Shown here piece by piece: positions 29,579 to 40,051 of a DNA stretch of 64,000 bases. Origin of the DNA: Candidatus Izemoplasmatales bacterium (GTDB taxonomy: Bacteria > Bacillota_I > Bacilli_A > Izemoplasmatales > Hujiaoplasmataceae). The DNA is taken from assembly GCA_050177605.1 (NCBI GenBank), contig JBFXGX010000008.1, forward strand, positions 1 through 64,000. Direction: 5' to 3'. The position numbers and the translations under genes are program-made. The notes under the pieces are model-generated. The model ran no database searches. It saw only the letters and a list, made by a program, of their open reading frames with translations, and was not told the origin of the DNA. Every line of letters begins with the position of its first letter. The stretch's first letter is position 1.

Positions 29579-31295
29579 CTTGGAGATCCTTTCTAAGTGG
29601 AAGTATTAGTTTTACATTTGTCATTTGATCGAGAATAGAAGTGATAATGATATCGGCTTCTTCACCATAATAAAGTTTTAATCGTTGATAAACGTTTCTT
29701 AAGCCAACACTATTTGCTTTATCTTCGTTTCTCATTGATTGATATAAACTTTCAATTTTTTCGTCAGTAATACCGTACCCATTGTTCTCAACTTCAAATT
29801 TTAGTTTTTGATTGTGAATATAGGCTTTAATCGTTATGTGCCCTGTACCAAATTCGGTATTGATTCCATGCGAAATTGCATTTTCAATAATCGGTTGTAA
29901 AATCAATTTCACGGTTGTGAATTCATAGACCTCTGGATCAATAAAGAACTCGAAGTCAAACTTCTTGTTATACCTGATTTTTTGGATGAGTAAATATTGA
30001 CGTGCATGTTCAAGTTCATCTTTCGCGGAGATGGTGTTTTTACCTCGTGAAATAGAGATTCTAAAAAATCTTGATAGGGCAATGACCATTTCGATAACTT
30101 CTTTGTTTTGGTTATTTTCAGCTAACCACACAATTGAATCTAATGTGTTATATAAAAAATGAGGATTAATTTGCGTTTGTAAGGCTAAAAACTCAGATTT
30201 TCTCTTTTCCTTTTGCTCTGTGACAAGTCGGTTAAGAAGTTGATTGATTTCTATAATCATATGATTAAAAGTTTCGGATAGACTGACCACTTCTTTTTGG
30301 CCAGTGATATAGATTTCTTCCATCAAGCCTTCTTTTTCCATTTTTGCCATGTGATCTTGTAATTTGACCAGCGGATTGGATATTCGCTTGGCTAAAAACA
30401 TCGAGAAGAAAAGACTTAATAAAAGTGCTCCACCAAAAACCGCTGACTCAAGAAGATACATTGTTTGCCTAGTTTCATAGATCGTGTTCATATTGATGAA
30501 TGTCGCAATGCGCCATCTTGTGTTTTTTAATGTGTTGATGTTAACATACATATGATCACCGTTTAATATAACGGACTGTCCACCAAGGATAATCTCATCG
30601 ACAACTTGTTTACTATCACATGTGATGTCTGTACAACTAGAAAGAGAAGAATAAACAAAATCAGATTCATCATTTAAGATCAATATATGGCCGTTGATAC
30701 CTAAATTTGTTTTCTGTGCTAAATCAATCAAGTTTTCAGTATTTAAGTCGATCATTAAGATGCCTTCATGGAGTTCTCCAGCATCGTAATACTTAATTGA
30801 TTTCGTTACGGTAATCACTTCACTTGGTGAATCACCGAAAATAACTTCTTGATGAGGTGAAGAGAAATGGAATATATCTTTATCGTGTACCGCTGCGACA
30901 AACCAAGGTTCATCGAGGACATTAATCGTGACGTCACGATCATCCCCAAGAATAAAAACATCTCCATTATCATCAAAAAGAATGATAGATACAATATCTT
31001 TTGACATCTGTGATGCTTGAATATAAATGCTTTCTAAATTCATTACTTGATCACTTACGGTTAATTCAATGGTTTGGCGATTAAGATAGTTGCTGGTCTC
31101 AATCACTTGATCAATGTAGTTTTCATAGTTCATGATAACTTGTTTGTTGATTTCTCTTGAACTGGTACTGATGACTTCTGCAGTAGAAGAATTAAATAAC
31201 ATATAATGCATGACGTTTGCGACAATCAGAGCGAATGTGACGATTGCCATCATCACAAAAACAATTCCTTGTGAAATAGAGAGTCTCTTAAACAT
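29562..31295 (-). CDS. YesM/LytS-type sensor histidine kinase (Cache, HAMP)
   Basis: ALQTQINPHFLYNTL, LQPIIENAISHG, VGLRNV; ATG 31295 after GGAGG. Confidence 0.9.
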   Translation of the reverse strand: MFKRLSISQGIVFVMMAIVTFALIVANVMHYMLFNSSTAEVISTSSREINKQVIMNYENYIDQVIETSNYLNRQTIELTVSDQVMNLESIYIQASQMSKDIVSIILFDDNGDVFILGDDRDVTINVLDEPWFVAAVHDKDIFHFSSPHQEVIFGDSPSEVITVTKSIKYYDAGELHEGILMIDLNTENLIDLAQKTNLGINGHILILNDESDFVYSSLSSCTDITCDSKQVVDEIILGGQSVILNGDHMYVNINTLKNTRWRIATFINMNTIYETRQTMYLLESAVFGGALLLSLFFSMFLAKRISNPLVKLQDHMAKMEKEGLMEEIYITGQKEVVSLSETFNHMIIEINQLLNRLVTEQKEKRKSEFLALQTQINPHFLYNTLDSIVWLAENNQNKEVIEMVIALSRFFRISISRGKNTISAKDELEHARQYLLIQKIRYNKKFDFEFFIDPEVYEFTTVKLILQPIIENAISHGINTEFGTGHITIKAYIHNQKLKFEVENNGYGITDEKIESLYQSMRNEDKANSVGLRNVYQRLKLYYGEEADIIITSILDQMTNVKLILPLRKDLQDEKNR

Positions 31296-32883
31296 ATAGT
31301 TCCTCCCTAAATTGTTTTGGTGACATTCCTGTATATTTCTTAAAACTATGACTGAAGTAGTACACTTCATTGTATCCAGTCATCAGGGATATATCAATGA
31401 TTTTATGGTTTGTCGTCCGAAGTAACTCTTTTGCTTTTTCCATTCTTACTTGAATGACATATTTATTAAAAGTAATATTCTTTTCGCGCTTGAGTAACAT
31501 ACTTAAATAAGAAATAGAGATGTTTAAATAATCACATACCATATTGAGGGAAAGGAGTGGATCGTCATAATGCTTATCGACAAAAGCGATAGCATCATTT
31601 AAGACTTCGTCTACCCATGTTTTTGAACTATCAATATAACGTTTTCTTAACTCGAATATCGTTGTCTCAATCCATGTAAATAAATCGTCGATACGCGCAA
31701 ATGACTGAAGAATCTGTAACATCGATCCATCGATTAAATCATCTGTATCTGCACTGATTGTTTGAGAAAAATTGAGAATGATATTGGCAAAGCTGATTAA
31801 GTATAAATCATGGGCTAAATGATAGTTTTTTTGTGCATTGAAAGCTAACTTCTGAGCTTCTAAAACATCATGTAATTCTTGGTTCGTTCCAAACCGAACG
31901 ATATTGTCAATCTCATGGATTTCTTCAGGACTTAACATAATATGTTTGATTTCTTTGTTTTCAACATCGGTAATATACACAATTCTACCTGTGTTTAAGA
32001 ATTTTCCATATTGGATGGCTTGCCTAGATTCTCTAAAAGCAATGGAGAGTTTGCTGATATGATTAAAAATGGAAGAGACTCCGACGCGGATTCTGATTCG
32101 CATGTATTGTTCTGCAGATTAAAGTAATTCATATAAAAAAGCGTCAATTGTTGGGATTAATGGTCGATGGTCTTGCTTAATATAAATGAAGATTCCATCT
32201 TGAATACTCATTGCATAACTTGATTCTTTCTCTGGAAAAGAAGAAGTCATCATTTCTGATAATAAGATTTGTAGTTTTTCAAGAGCGATTAAGCGATCCT
32301 TATCTTCACAAGATTCGATTTCAACCCATGAGGCGATGAATGAACCTTGGATGCTTGTAAAACCGAGTTTTTTTAAGTTATCAATATCTTCACTTCGATT
32401 GTCATAAGATATTACCAAGTTACTTAGGAATTGCTTTATCATGATGGGAATACTATCCTGATAGTTTCTAAGTGCGACCTCGACATTATATTTCCGTGAG
32501 TATTCATCATCGAGTCTCGTTTTCAAATCGGCTAAAAATTGATTAATATCTTCAAGCGTAATTGGCTTCATCAAATAACTAATGACATTCAGATTGATCG
32601 CTTCTTGTGCATACTTAAATTCATCATAGCCTGAAATAAAAGCGACCTTTACAGTTGGGAAGTCTCGCTTTAACATTTTAGCTAATTCGATTCCATCAAT
32701 AAAAGGCATTTTAATATCGGTTAAGACAACATCGGGTCTTAATTCTTCGACAAGTTCATAAGCATCATGACCATTACCTGCTTTTCCAACAACTTGAAAT
32801 CCTTTATCGTTCTCAATTAAAGATGAAATTCGACCACGAATTTCATCCTCATCATCCACAAGTAATATTTTATAGTTATTCAT
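31288..32883 (-). pseudogene. YesN-like REC-AraC response regulator interrupted by an in-frame TAA
   Basis: REC (LVDDE, TDIKMP, YLMKP) and AraC HTH (YFSHSFKKYTGMSP) share one frame: CTT TAA TCT GCA GAA CAA TAC ATG, stop at 32119-32121. Confidence 0.85.
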
Positions 32884-32989
32884 CATTACCTCCAAAGAAA
32901 GCGCTTAATTTTATTGTATCATAGGATATCTTTTAAAAGCAAAAAAAGTTTTATCCTTCAAACAATAAAAAAACACGGCATTCACCGTG

Positions 32990-33871
32990 TTACTTTTTGA
33001 ATATTGTAAGTTTCACAAAAAAATGAGCTTGTTCTGAAAATGGCCATATCAACCATTGATGAGTGACTGGATTTAAATATTCTTCTAAGTTTTCTACGCC
33101 GAAATCTCCTGCACCATAGCCAAATTTATTTTGGTATTCTTTTAAGTGCGCATCCATTTTCGAAGGATGATGGATGTCTTTTGATAGTTTCAGATAAAAT
33201 GGTGAAGTAATATCCGCTTCAAAGATGTCAGATATAGAAATCATCGTTCCGTTATCTTTTAATTGGTTTATTAAAGACTTATTCAGATAATCGATGGATT
33301 TTGAAGCGACCACCATCATTTCTTCGAAGGCATAATTGAGCAAATGAATATCGATTCCTTTTTCTTTTAAAGCTTGGTAACTTTGATGAAAAATTGGGAT
33401 TAACATCTGGGTGTAGATTGGAAGAAGAATGATGACATCATATTCAAGTGTAGACTTGGATTTTTCAATAGATGTAAACACCTCTTCAAATTTTTCCATA
33501 TAAATATCAATATCTGTTTTTGATTTCGCTAAAATGAGCGTTGTATAAAGTTCTTCCAGCAAGTCTGTTTGTGACAGGTTGGTAAAATCAGTCTGAAGAG
33601 TCTTTACTTCACCGTCAAGATGGTATTTTTGAACTCCTCGGTTGATCGCATCTTCATCAATGTCTGCTAAAGTTAAATTTGAAGTAGCTTTATTCAATTG
33701 TTCTAAATCAATATCATCGGCATTTCCAACAGCCCCAACAAAACAAGAATCAGAAGATGTTAGATAAGGAAGAATCATTGAAGTTAAGGCAAGACGATAT
33801 TCTTTCCAGCGTGCAAATCGGTCATTCTCACTTTGATTAAGTTGTTCATAAAAATCTCGTAAATAATTCAA
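32990..33871 (-). CDS. Hypothetical protein, possible class I SAM-methyltransferase-like fold
   Basis: VGAVGNADDIDL..LADID..TDFT pattern. Confidence 0.6.
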   Translation of the reverse strand: MNYLRDFYEQLNQSENDRFARWKEYRLALTSMILPYLTSSDSCFVGAVGNADDIDLEQLNKATSNLTLADIDEDAINRGVQKYHLDGEVKTLQTDFTNLSQTDLLEELYTTLILAKSKTDIDIYMEKFEEVFTSIEKSKSTLEYDVIILLPIYTQMLIPIFHQSYQALKEKGIDIHLLNYAFEEMMVVASKSIDYLNKSLINQLKDNGTMISISDIFEADITSPFYLKLSKDIHHPSKMDAHLKEYQNKFGYGAGDFGVENLEEYLNPVTHQWLIWPFSEQAHFFVKLTIFKK

Positions 33872-33886
33872 TCAAATCACCTTTTT

Positions 33887-34285
33887 CTATTGAAGTTGTA
33901 AGGAATCCTTGGTATATTGCATAATTTCGATTGGATTGCCATCAGGATCGTTCATCCAACATTGATAATTATTGTCTTTTCCAAGAATAACCGGCTTATC
34001 AAGAGTAAGTCCTATACGAGCAATGTGTTTCTCGAACTCAAAGATGTCCTCGACTTCAAGACACAAGTGTTGATAACTCATCGCCTCTTTACGAGGGAAG
34101 TTAAGTGATGAATAGAATAACTCAATAAACTGTGATTTCGAAACTTCAAGATAGACAATCCACGGTTGATTCATGTCATCTTCCAATGTAAATTTCTTTT
34201 TGAAACCAAATGCTTTGTTATAAAAAGAAATGGAATTTTCCATATTTGAAACTTGAAATGCTAAATGTGCAATACCTTTAATCAT
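33887..34285 (-). CDS. VOC/glyoxalase family protein
   Basis: HLAFQV, FIELF, HLCLEV, DPDGNPIE. Confidence 0.88.
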   Translation of the reverse strand: MIKGIAHLAFQVSNMENSISFYNKAFGFKKKFTLEDDMNQPWIVYLEVSKSQFIELFYSSLNFPRKEAMSYQHLCLEVEDIFEFEKHIARIGLTLDKPVILGKDNNYQCWMNDPDGNPIEIMQYTKDSLQLQ

Positions 34286-34447
34286 AATTTCACCCCATCA
34301 ATATTATATCGCATTCTCATGTGATATTTATTTCTATTTCTTTATAAAGTTGTAAAGACTTTGTGAAGAAGCACAAATTCAGTAGTTCATTTGATACAAT
34401 AATATCACAAAGTAAAATTTGTTTATTTGTGAAAGGAGGTTGCGTTC

Positions 34448-35098
34448 ATGTTTCAAAAATTAATCGACCGTTTTATGGCATTTGATAAACTACGTTTCGT
34501 ACTCTATTTGACAATCATCGTGACGTTATTCATCGGTCTAGTCAACGCCTATCAAATCGGCGTGAACATTGAAGATTTTTACGCATTAATCCTTTATTTT
34601 TCACTACTTTTTATCTTTGATTTATTTTATACTAAATGGATTAGTATTTTTATCTTCCTAGCATACACCCTTGGTCTATATTACATTTTTTATAATTCTA
34701 TGGTAATGTTTTATCGATTTTTTCAATGTCGAGGTACCTATTTCTATGTGGATAACTTAGGTAGTTTATTTTCTCTTGTTTTTGTATTCTTCCTGCTTAT
34801 TGTATTTGTCGGAATGAAATTGATAACTGAACGAAAGAAGTATTTCCAAGTAGCGTTTATTGTCATGTTCACAATGTTTAGTGTATCCTTCATCGTCTTT
34901 CAACTCGATGTATTCTTCGATATCTTACCGAATTGTTTTGTCGCACTGAGTGATATTTATAATCCACCTGTATTTCCATATGGTATCTATGAATATTCAT
35001 CGATTCAAAATATACAATTTTTGATATTTGGAATTAAAGATGTTATGTTTCTTCTTTTATTTTATACAATGGGATCCAGAAAACAAATCATGGAATAA
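34448..35098 (+). CDS. Hypothetical membrane protein
   Basis: AGGAGG RBS; 5-6 TM segments. Confidence 0.7.
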   Translation: MFQKLIDRFMAFDKLRFVLYLTIIVTLFIGLVNAYQIGVNIEDFYALILYFSLLFIFDLFYTKWISIFIFLAYTLGLYYIFYNSMVMFYRFFQCRGTYFYVDNLGSLFSLVFVFFLLIVFVGMKLITERKKYFQVAFIVMFTMFSVSFIVFQLDVFFDILPNCFVALSDIYNPPVFPYGIYEYSSIQNIQFLIFGIKDVMFLLLFYTMGSRKQIME

Positions 35099-35105
35099 GC
35101 CACGC

Positions 35106-35789
35106 TTATTCCATTTTTTTTATACATTCAGCGGATTCATGAAGGCTTGAGTTCACAAAATTGGATACAGGATAATATTCCATGAATGTATCATCATAAG
35201 GAATTAAATATTGTTTTAATAATTTCGTGTCGTGAATCGTGGGATCCAACCAAATTTTTATCTTGTCATGATCTAAAATCACTGGCATCCGGTCATGAAG
35301 GTCCTTCATTAATGGATTGGCCTCAGTCGTAATAATGACTGTGGAGTGATATTTTGTCCCATCACTTTTTGTGAATGTAGTATAAAGACCAGCAAGTGCA
35401 AAGATTTCTTGATTCTTTTTTTGGATTCGGTAAGGTTGTTTCTGTGATTCATTCCTTTTCCACTCATAAAAACTATCTGCGAAGATTACACATCGCTTTT
35501 TCTCAAAAGACGGAAGATAAGAAACCTTTTCTTCTAGCGTTTCTGATTTTGCGTTAATCATCGTATAACCAGTACTGACCTCTTTTGCAAAAGGAGGAAC
35601 AAAACCCCAGTGTAAAGGACCCACGCGGTAACGTGCTCCATCACTAATCATACTAAGAACTTCTTGACCTGGAGAAATATTATATCTAGGTAATCCAAGT
35701 TTTTGATTGGTAATGGATATTTCGAATTGATCGCCAATGTATTTGATGAAAGCTTGATCTGTTACGGCTAATGTAAAACGCCCACACAT
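35106..35789 (-). CDS. SRAP family abasic-site protection protein (YedK/HMCES-like)
   Basis: MCGRF, RYNISP, INAKSET, FYEW, HDRMPVIL. Confidence 0.93.
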   Translation of the reverse strand: MCGRFTLAVTDQAFIKYIGDQFEISITNQKLGLPRYNISPGQEVLSMISDGARYRVGPLHWGFVPPFAKEVSTGYTMINAKSETLEEKVSYLPSFEKKRCVIFADSFYEWKRNESQKQPYRIQKKNQEIFALAGLYTTFTKSDGTKYHSTVIITTEANPLMKDLHDRMPVILDHDKIKIWLDPTIHDTKLLKQYLIPYDDTFMEYYPVSNFVNSSLHESAECIKKME

Positions 35790-35954
35790 AGTATCACCTC
35801 AAATCAATTATATCATAGAAAAAAAGAAAATGAAGAAATCTGATTTTTTCTCTAATTCTGGAGAAAATTTCACCTAAGCATTTTTAAGCAAATGATTTGC
35901 TTTTTTAGAGGATTATTGCGATAATGTTAGGGTAATTTATTGGAGGTATTAACG

Positions 35955-36656
35955 ATGAAAATTGAAATTTGGTCAGATTTCGCTTGCCCATTTTGTTACA
36001 TTGGGAAGAAGAGATTTGAAAATGCATTACAAAAATTTGCACATAAGGATCAAGTTGAAGTGATTTATAAAGCTTATCAATTAAACCCAAATGCGCCAAA
36101 AGTGATGAAGGGAACAGCCTATGAAAGTTTCGCAGAAGGTCATCACACAACCGTAGAACAAGCAAAACAACGTTTTAACATGTTTACTGAAAATGCAAAA
36201 ACTGTAGGGCTCACCTACAACTATGATATTATTCAAATGACGAATACAGTGGATGCACATCGCATTGCTAAATGGGCAAACCAATTTGGCAAAGAACCAG
36301 CAGTGACTGATCGTTTTATGAAAGCTTATTTTACAGAAGGATACAATCTAGCAGACTTTGATACATTAGTAAAACTAGTAGGTGAAGTTGGCCTTGATCA
36401 AAACGAAGCGAGAAATGTACTTGAAAAGAATGACTTCCTAGATAAAGTCTTATCTGAGCAACAAGAAGCAAGACAAATTGGTGTTCAAGGTGTACCTTTC
36501 TTCGTGATTAACCGAAAATATGGTGTATCCGGTGCCCAACAAGAAGAGTACTTCAGCGCAGCGCTAGAACAAATTTGGCAAGAAGAAAATCCACTCGTCT
36601 CACTTGAAGACGCAGATGAAGAGAGTGCTTGTACAGACGAATCTTGTTCTTTATAA
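35955..36656 (+). CDS. FrnE/DsbA-family dithiol-disulfide oxidoreductase
   Basis: WSDFACPFCYIG, GVQGVPFF, SGAQ, C-terminal CTDESC. Confidence 0.9.
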   Translation: MKIEIWSDFACPFCYIGKKRFENALQKFAHKDQVEVIYKAYQLNPNAPKVMKGTAYESFAEGHHTTVEQAKQRFNMFTENAKTVGLTYNYDIIQMTNTVDAHRIAKWANQFGKEPAVTDRFMKAYFTEGYNLADFDTLVKLVGEVGLDQNEARNVLEKNDFLDKVLSEQQEARQIGVQGVPFFVINRKYGVSGAQQEEYFSAALEQIWQEENPLVSLEDADEESACTDESCSL

Positions 36657-36750
36657 GAAATAAAGCCATGAATTTGGCTTTTTCTTTTGAAAAGAAATGG
36701 CAAGTTCATAAAAATTAATGTATAATAGTTTTTGAATTAAGGAGGGAATC

Positions 36751-37080
36751 ATGGCCGTATATCTAACTGAATTAGAAACATTAAAACAAAGAAAGAAAAT
36801 GAGAGTTCCTTATCTCAACCGGTTTTTGTTATTAGCTTATCACGAGGAGAAAGTATATTGTATCCATGATAAGTGTCCTCATATGGGTTCGACGCTTTCA
36901 AACGGTATTTTAGAAGGAGAAGTGATCACTTGTAAAGATCATGGCTTACCGATCTCTTTAGTTACCGGTGAAGTCACTGATGCTAGCAAAGCTGAGTTCT
37001 TAAAAATCGACGAGTATAGTCGTAGTGTCAGAGCCTATAAAACATTCATTCAAAATGGGAAAGTCTACTTGGACCTATAA
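36751..37080 (+). CDS. Rieske [2Fe-2S] ferredoxin-like protein
   Basis: CPH..CKDH ligand pairs. Confidence 0.8.
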   Translation: MAVYLTELETLKQRKKMRVPYLNRFLLLAYHEEKVYCIHDKCPHMGSTLSNGILEGEVITCKDHGLPISLVTGEVTDASKAEFLKIDEYSRSVRAYKTFIQNGKVYLDL

Positions 37081-37151
37081 GCAAAGCAATGGTTTTTTTG
37101 CATCATTTGAGGTATAATAGAAGTAGATAAAATGAAGTAGGAGGTCTAAAT

Positions 37152-38060
37152 ATGGACAAAATATATGATTTAGTAATTATTGGCGCTGGTCCAGCTGGAC
37201 TTGGTGCTTCCATTTATGCTAGTCGCGCAATGCTTGACTTTGTATTCTTAGAAAAATGGCTACCTGGTGGAGAAATTGCGAACACATATGAAGTTGAAAA
37301 TTATCCAGGAATCAATCATGTGAGCGGCGCAGAATTATCGGATTTAATGATTAAACACGCAGAAGAACTTGGCGCAAAAATACAAAATGAAGGTGTAACT
37401 GATGTTGATTTCACAGGGGAAATCAAGAAAGTTGTTACACGTAAAAACACCTATTATACAAAAACAGTGATTATCGCGACAGGGGCATCCTCTCGTCGAC
37501 TTGGTGTACCAGGAGAAGATCAGTTTTATGGTATGGGTGTATCTTACTGTGCAACCTGTGATGGTGCGTTATATAAAGATAAAGTAGTCGCAGTTGTCGG
37601 AGGTGGAGACGTCGCTGTCGAAGATGCAATCTATTTATCACGTATGGCAAAAAAAGTGTACTTGGTTCACCGTAGAAATGAACTTCGTGCAGTGAAAACA
37701 TTACAAGAAAAAATGTTTCCTCTTCCAAATGTTGAAGTGATTTGGGATAGTGTTATTACCCGAGTAAATGGGGACCAATATGTAGCGAGCGTTCATATTC
37801 AAAATAAATTAACTGGTGAAGAAAAAGAACTTACGGTTGATGGCTTGTTCGTCGCAGTCGGAATGGATCCAAATAGTGAATTTCTCAAAGGAAAAGTTGA
37901 AATGGACAGTGGAAACTGGATTCTCACTGATGAAAATTGTGAGACGAGTGTCAAAGGCGTCTTTGCGGCAGGAGATGTAAGAAAAAAATTATTACGTCAA
38001 GTAATCACAGGGGTTGCGGATGGAGCCATTTCAGTATTTGCACTAGAAAAATATTTATAA
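37152..38060 (+). CDS. trxB: Thioredoxin reductase
   Basis: IIGAGPAG, SYCATCDG, VGGGD, FAAGD. Confidence 0.93.
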   Translation: MDKIYDLVIIGAGPAGLGASIYASRAMLDFVFLEKWLPGGEIANTYEVENYPGINHVSGAELSDLMIKHAEELGAKIQNEGVTDVDFTGEIKKVVTRKNTYYTKTVIIATGASSRRLGVPGEDQFYGMGVSYCATCDGALYKDKVVAVVGGGDVAVEDAIYLSRMAKKVYLVHRRNELRAVKTLQEKMFPLPNVEVIWDSVITRVNGDQYVASVHIQNKLTGEEKELTVDGLFVAVGMDPNSEFLKGKVEMDSGNWILTDENCETSVKGVFAAGDVRKKLLRQVITGVADGAISVFALEKYL

Positions 38061-38061
38061 T

Positions 38062-38090
38062 AAAAAAAGGAGCCTCGGCTCCTTATTTTT
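38062..38090. terminator. Bidirectional terminator
   Basis: AAGGAGCC-TC-GGCTCCTT flanked by A and T runs. Confidence 0.65.
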
Positions 38091-38697
38091 TTAAGATGGC
38101 ACGGACAGGTAAGGCTTCCGTGTTTTCAATTTTTAAAGGTAAGCATATCATGTCATAACTTCCTGCTTCGACGTCTTTGAGACGTAAGCCTTCCATAATA
38201 ATGATATCATTTTCTAATAATAAATGGTGTGTTGGGTGTCCTTCTTGAGCACGTTCAATCCCAAGACCATCCGTTCCGACGCCACTTATATTTCGACTAA
38301 CTAGATAATCGGCAGCACAGGAATCTAAATAGATAAAATCAAAGTCGAATTCTTCACTAAAACTGTTTTTCGTTTTGAATAACAAGAAGTCTCCTTCATC
38401 AATCACATATGCAAACAAATCATCTTTCGTGATTTTATCAGTTAAATGGGTAAAATCTAGCACCTTCACTTTCGTGAGCAATCGATCCAAATCGAATCCA
38501 GTCGAGTCTTTTCCATCCTTGATGATATGAAGTGGAAAATCGATATGTGTTCCCGTGTGAAGATTCATTTCAATATCCGTTTCATAAACAGAAGAAGTTT
38601 GAAAATTAGAATGATTTTTGATTTTCATCATTTTGTCTGGTTTGTTTTTGTATACTTGCACATTTTCAGATAACGTCATAGAAATATCATAATACAT
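38083..38697 (-). CDS. Cyclase-family (KynB-like) metal-dependent hydrolase
   Basis: HTGTHIDFPLH, VGTDGLG, IMEGL, PLKI..PVRA; ATG 38697 overlaps the zwf end. Confidence 0.88.
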   Translation of the reverse strand: MYYDISMTLSENVQVYKNKPDKMMKIKNHSNFQTSSVYETDIEMNLHTGTHIDFPLHIIKDGKDSTGFDLDRLLTKVKVLDFTHLTDKITKDDLFAYVIDEGDFLLFKTKNSFSEEFDFDFIYLDSCAADYLVSRNISGVGTDGLGIERAQEGHPTHHLLLENDIIIMEGLRLKDVEAGSYDMICLPLKIENTEALPVRAILKK

Positions 38698-40051
38698 GGG
38701 TCTCACCTCGAATTTGATTGATAACTTCATCGAAGTCATCAATAGAATCATACTTCATTAATTGATAATGACTTTGTTTCAGTGGATCGACAATATTCCA
38801 AGATGCTTCGATTTCAGACCAGCTTGTGAAAAGAGTTTGATTATGATTTATAAACTCATTTAATAGTTTTTCATAAGCTTCTGGATTATTTCCAATCTTT
38901 TGACAACTATGGCAATAGTCTAGAAGAGCATCGGTTACGCTTCCTTCAAGGCCTGGTTTCTTTACATTCATTTTCACAGAGATACCTTCATAATCAGATA
39001 CCCCAATCACGAGTTGATTAGACTCATGTTCACGTTCTGGCCATAATCTGCTTTGGCTAGAATGTGCTTTGAAATGCACCACAATCTCAGCCTTTTTTTC
39101 ATCGAGTTTTTTCCCAGTTAACAAATAGATAGGAACCCCATTCCATCTAGGTGTATCGACCCGTGCTTCTAAGAATGCAAAGGTCTCTGTCGTTGAATCT
39201 TCAGGTACATTATGTTCACTTGTATATCCTGTGTATTGGCCGAAAACAGCGTTTTTACGGTCAATGGAAGTATGTCTTAATGCTTCGATTTTAGCTTTTC
39301 GAATATCATCAGAAGAGAGTGTCTCCGGTTCGTCCATTGTGACGAGCGCAAGCATTTGTAATAGATGACTTTGTACCATATCTTTCAGCGCACCGGTTTG
39401 ATTATAATATTCGCCACGATTCATAATTGTTTCTGTTTCTTTGACATAAATATCAATGCTTTGAATAGCGTCATGCGACCAGTTGTTCTCAAGCAGTTTA
39501 TTCGCAAAGCGAAGTACTAAGATATTTTGAATCATATCTTTTCCTAAATAGTGATCAATTCTGTAGATTTGGGATTCGCTAAAGAATTCTTTTAAGTCAT
39601 GATTAATCTGTTTCGCAGATGCGAAATCCTCACCAAATGGTTTTTCAAACACAACCCTCGTGTTGGTATCTCCAAAGTTAGATAGATGACTGTTAGCGAT
39701 ACCTCTTGCGATTGTAACGAAGAATTCAGGCGCAACGGCTAAATAAAATAATCGTTCGACAGGTTCCTCCGTCCAAGCGTCCATTTGAACTTTCAATGCT
39801 TTGTAGTCTTCGATATTTTGAATGTCCATTTTTACATAGTTAATCATCGGTTTCAAATCTGAAAAATCAGATTTAACAAAAGTTTCTAAATGTTCGATGT
39901 ATTGTAGATTCGTGTAATCTCTACGTGAAACACAATATATTTTTGTATTTTCGGTAATGATTTTTTTAGCTACGAGTTGATTTAATGCAGGAACGAGTTT
40001 TTTATGCATTAAATTCCCTGTGGCTCCAAAAATAGTTAAAACTTGTTTCAT
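38687..40051 (-). CDS. zwf: Glucose-6-phosphate 1-dehydrogenase
   Basis: IFGATGNL, EKPFG, RIDHYLGK, DMVQSHLLQ. Confidence 0.95.
   Translation of the reverse strand: MKQVLTIFGATGNLMHKKLVPALNQLVAKKIITENTKIYCVSRRDYTNLQYIEHLETFVKSDFSDLKPMINYVKMDIQNIEDYKALKVQMDAWTEEPVERLFYLAVAPEFFVTIARGIANSHLSNFGDTNTRVVFEKPFGEDFASAKQINHDLKEFFSESQIYRIDHYLGKDMIQNILVLRFANKLLENNWSHDAIQSIDIYVKETETIMNRGEYYNQTGALKDMVQSHLLQMLALVTMDEPETLSSDDIRKAKIEALRHTSIDRKNAVFGQYTGYTSEHNVPEDSTTETFAFLEARVDTPRWNGVPIYLLTGKKLDEKKAEIVVHFKAHSSQSRLWPEREHESNQLVIGVSDYEGISVKMNVKKPGLEGSVTDALLDYCHSCQKIGNNPEAYEKLLNEFINHNQTLFTSWSEIEASWNIVDPLKQSHYQLMKYDSIDDFDEVINQIRGETHVL

Noticed and set aside
32119..32121. Recoded stop (selenocysteine, pyrrolysine or code 4)
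   Set aside because: The codon is TAA, not TGA or TAG; TGA ends several genes here and Trp is encoded by TGG
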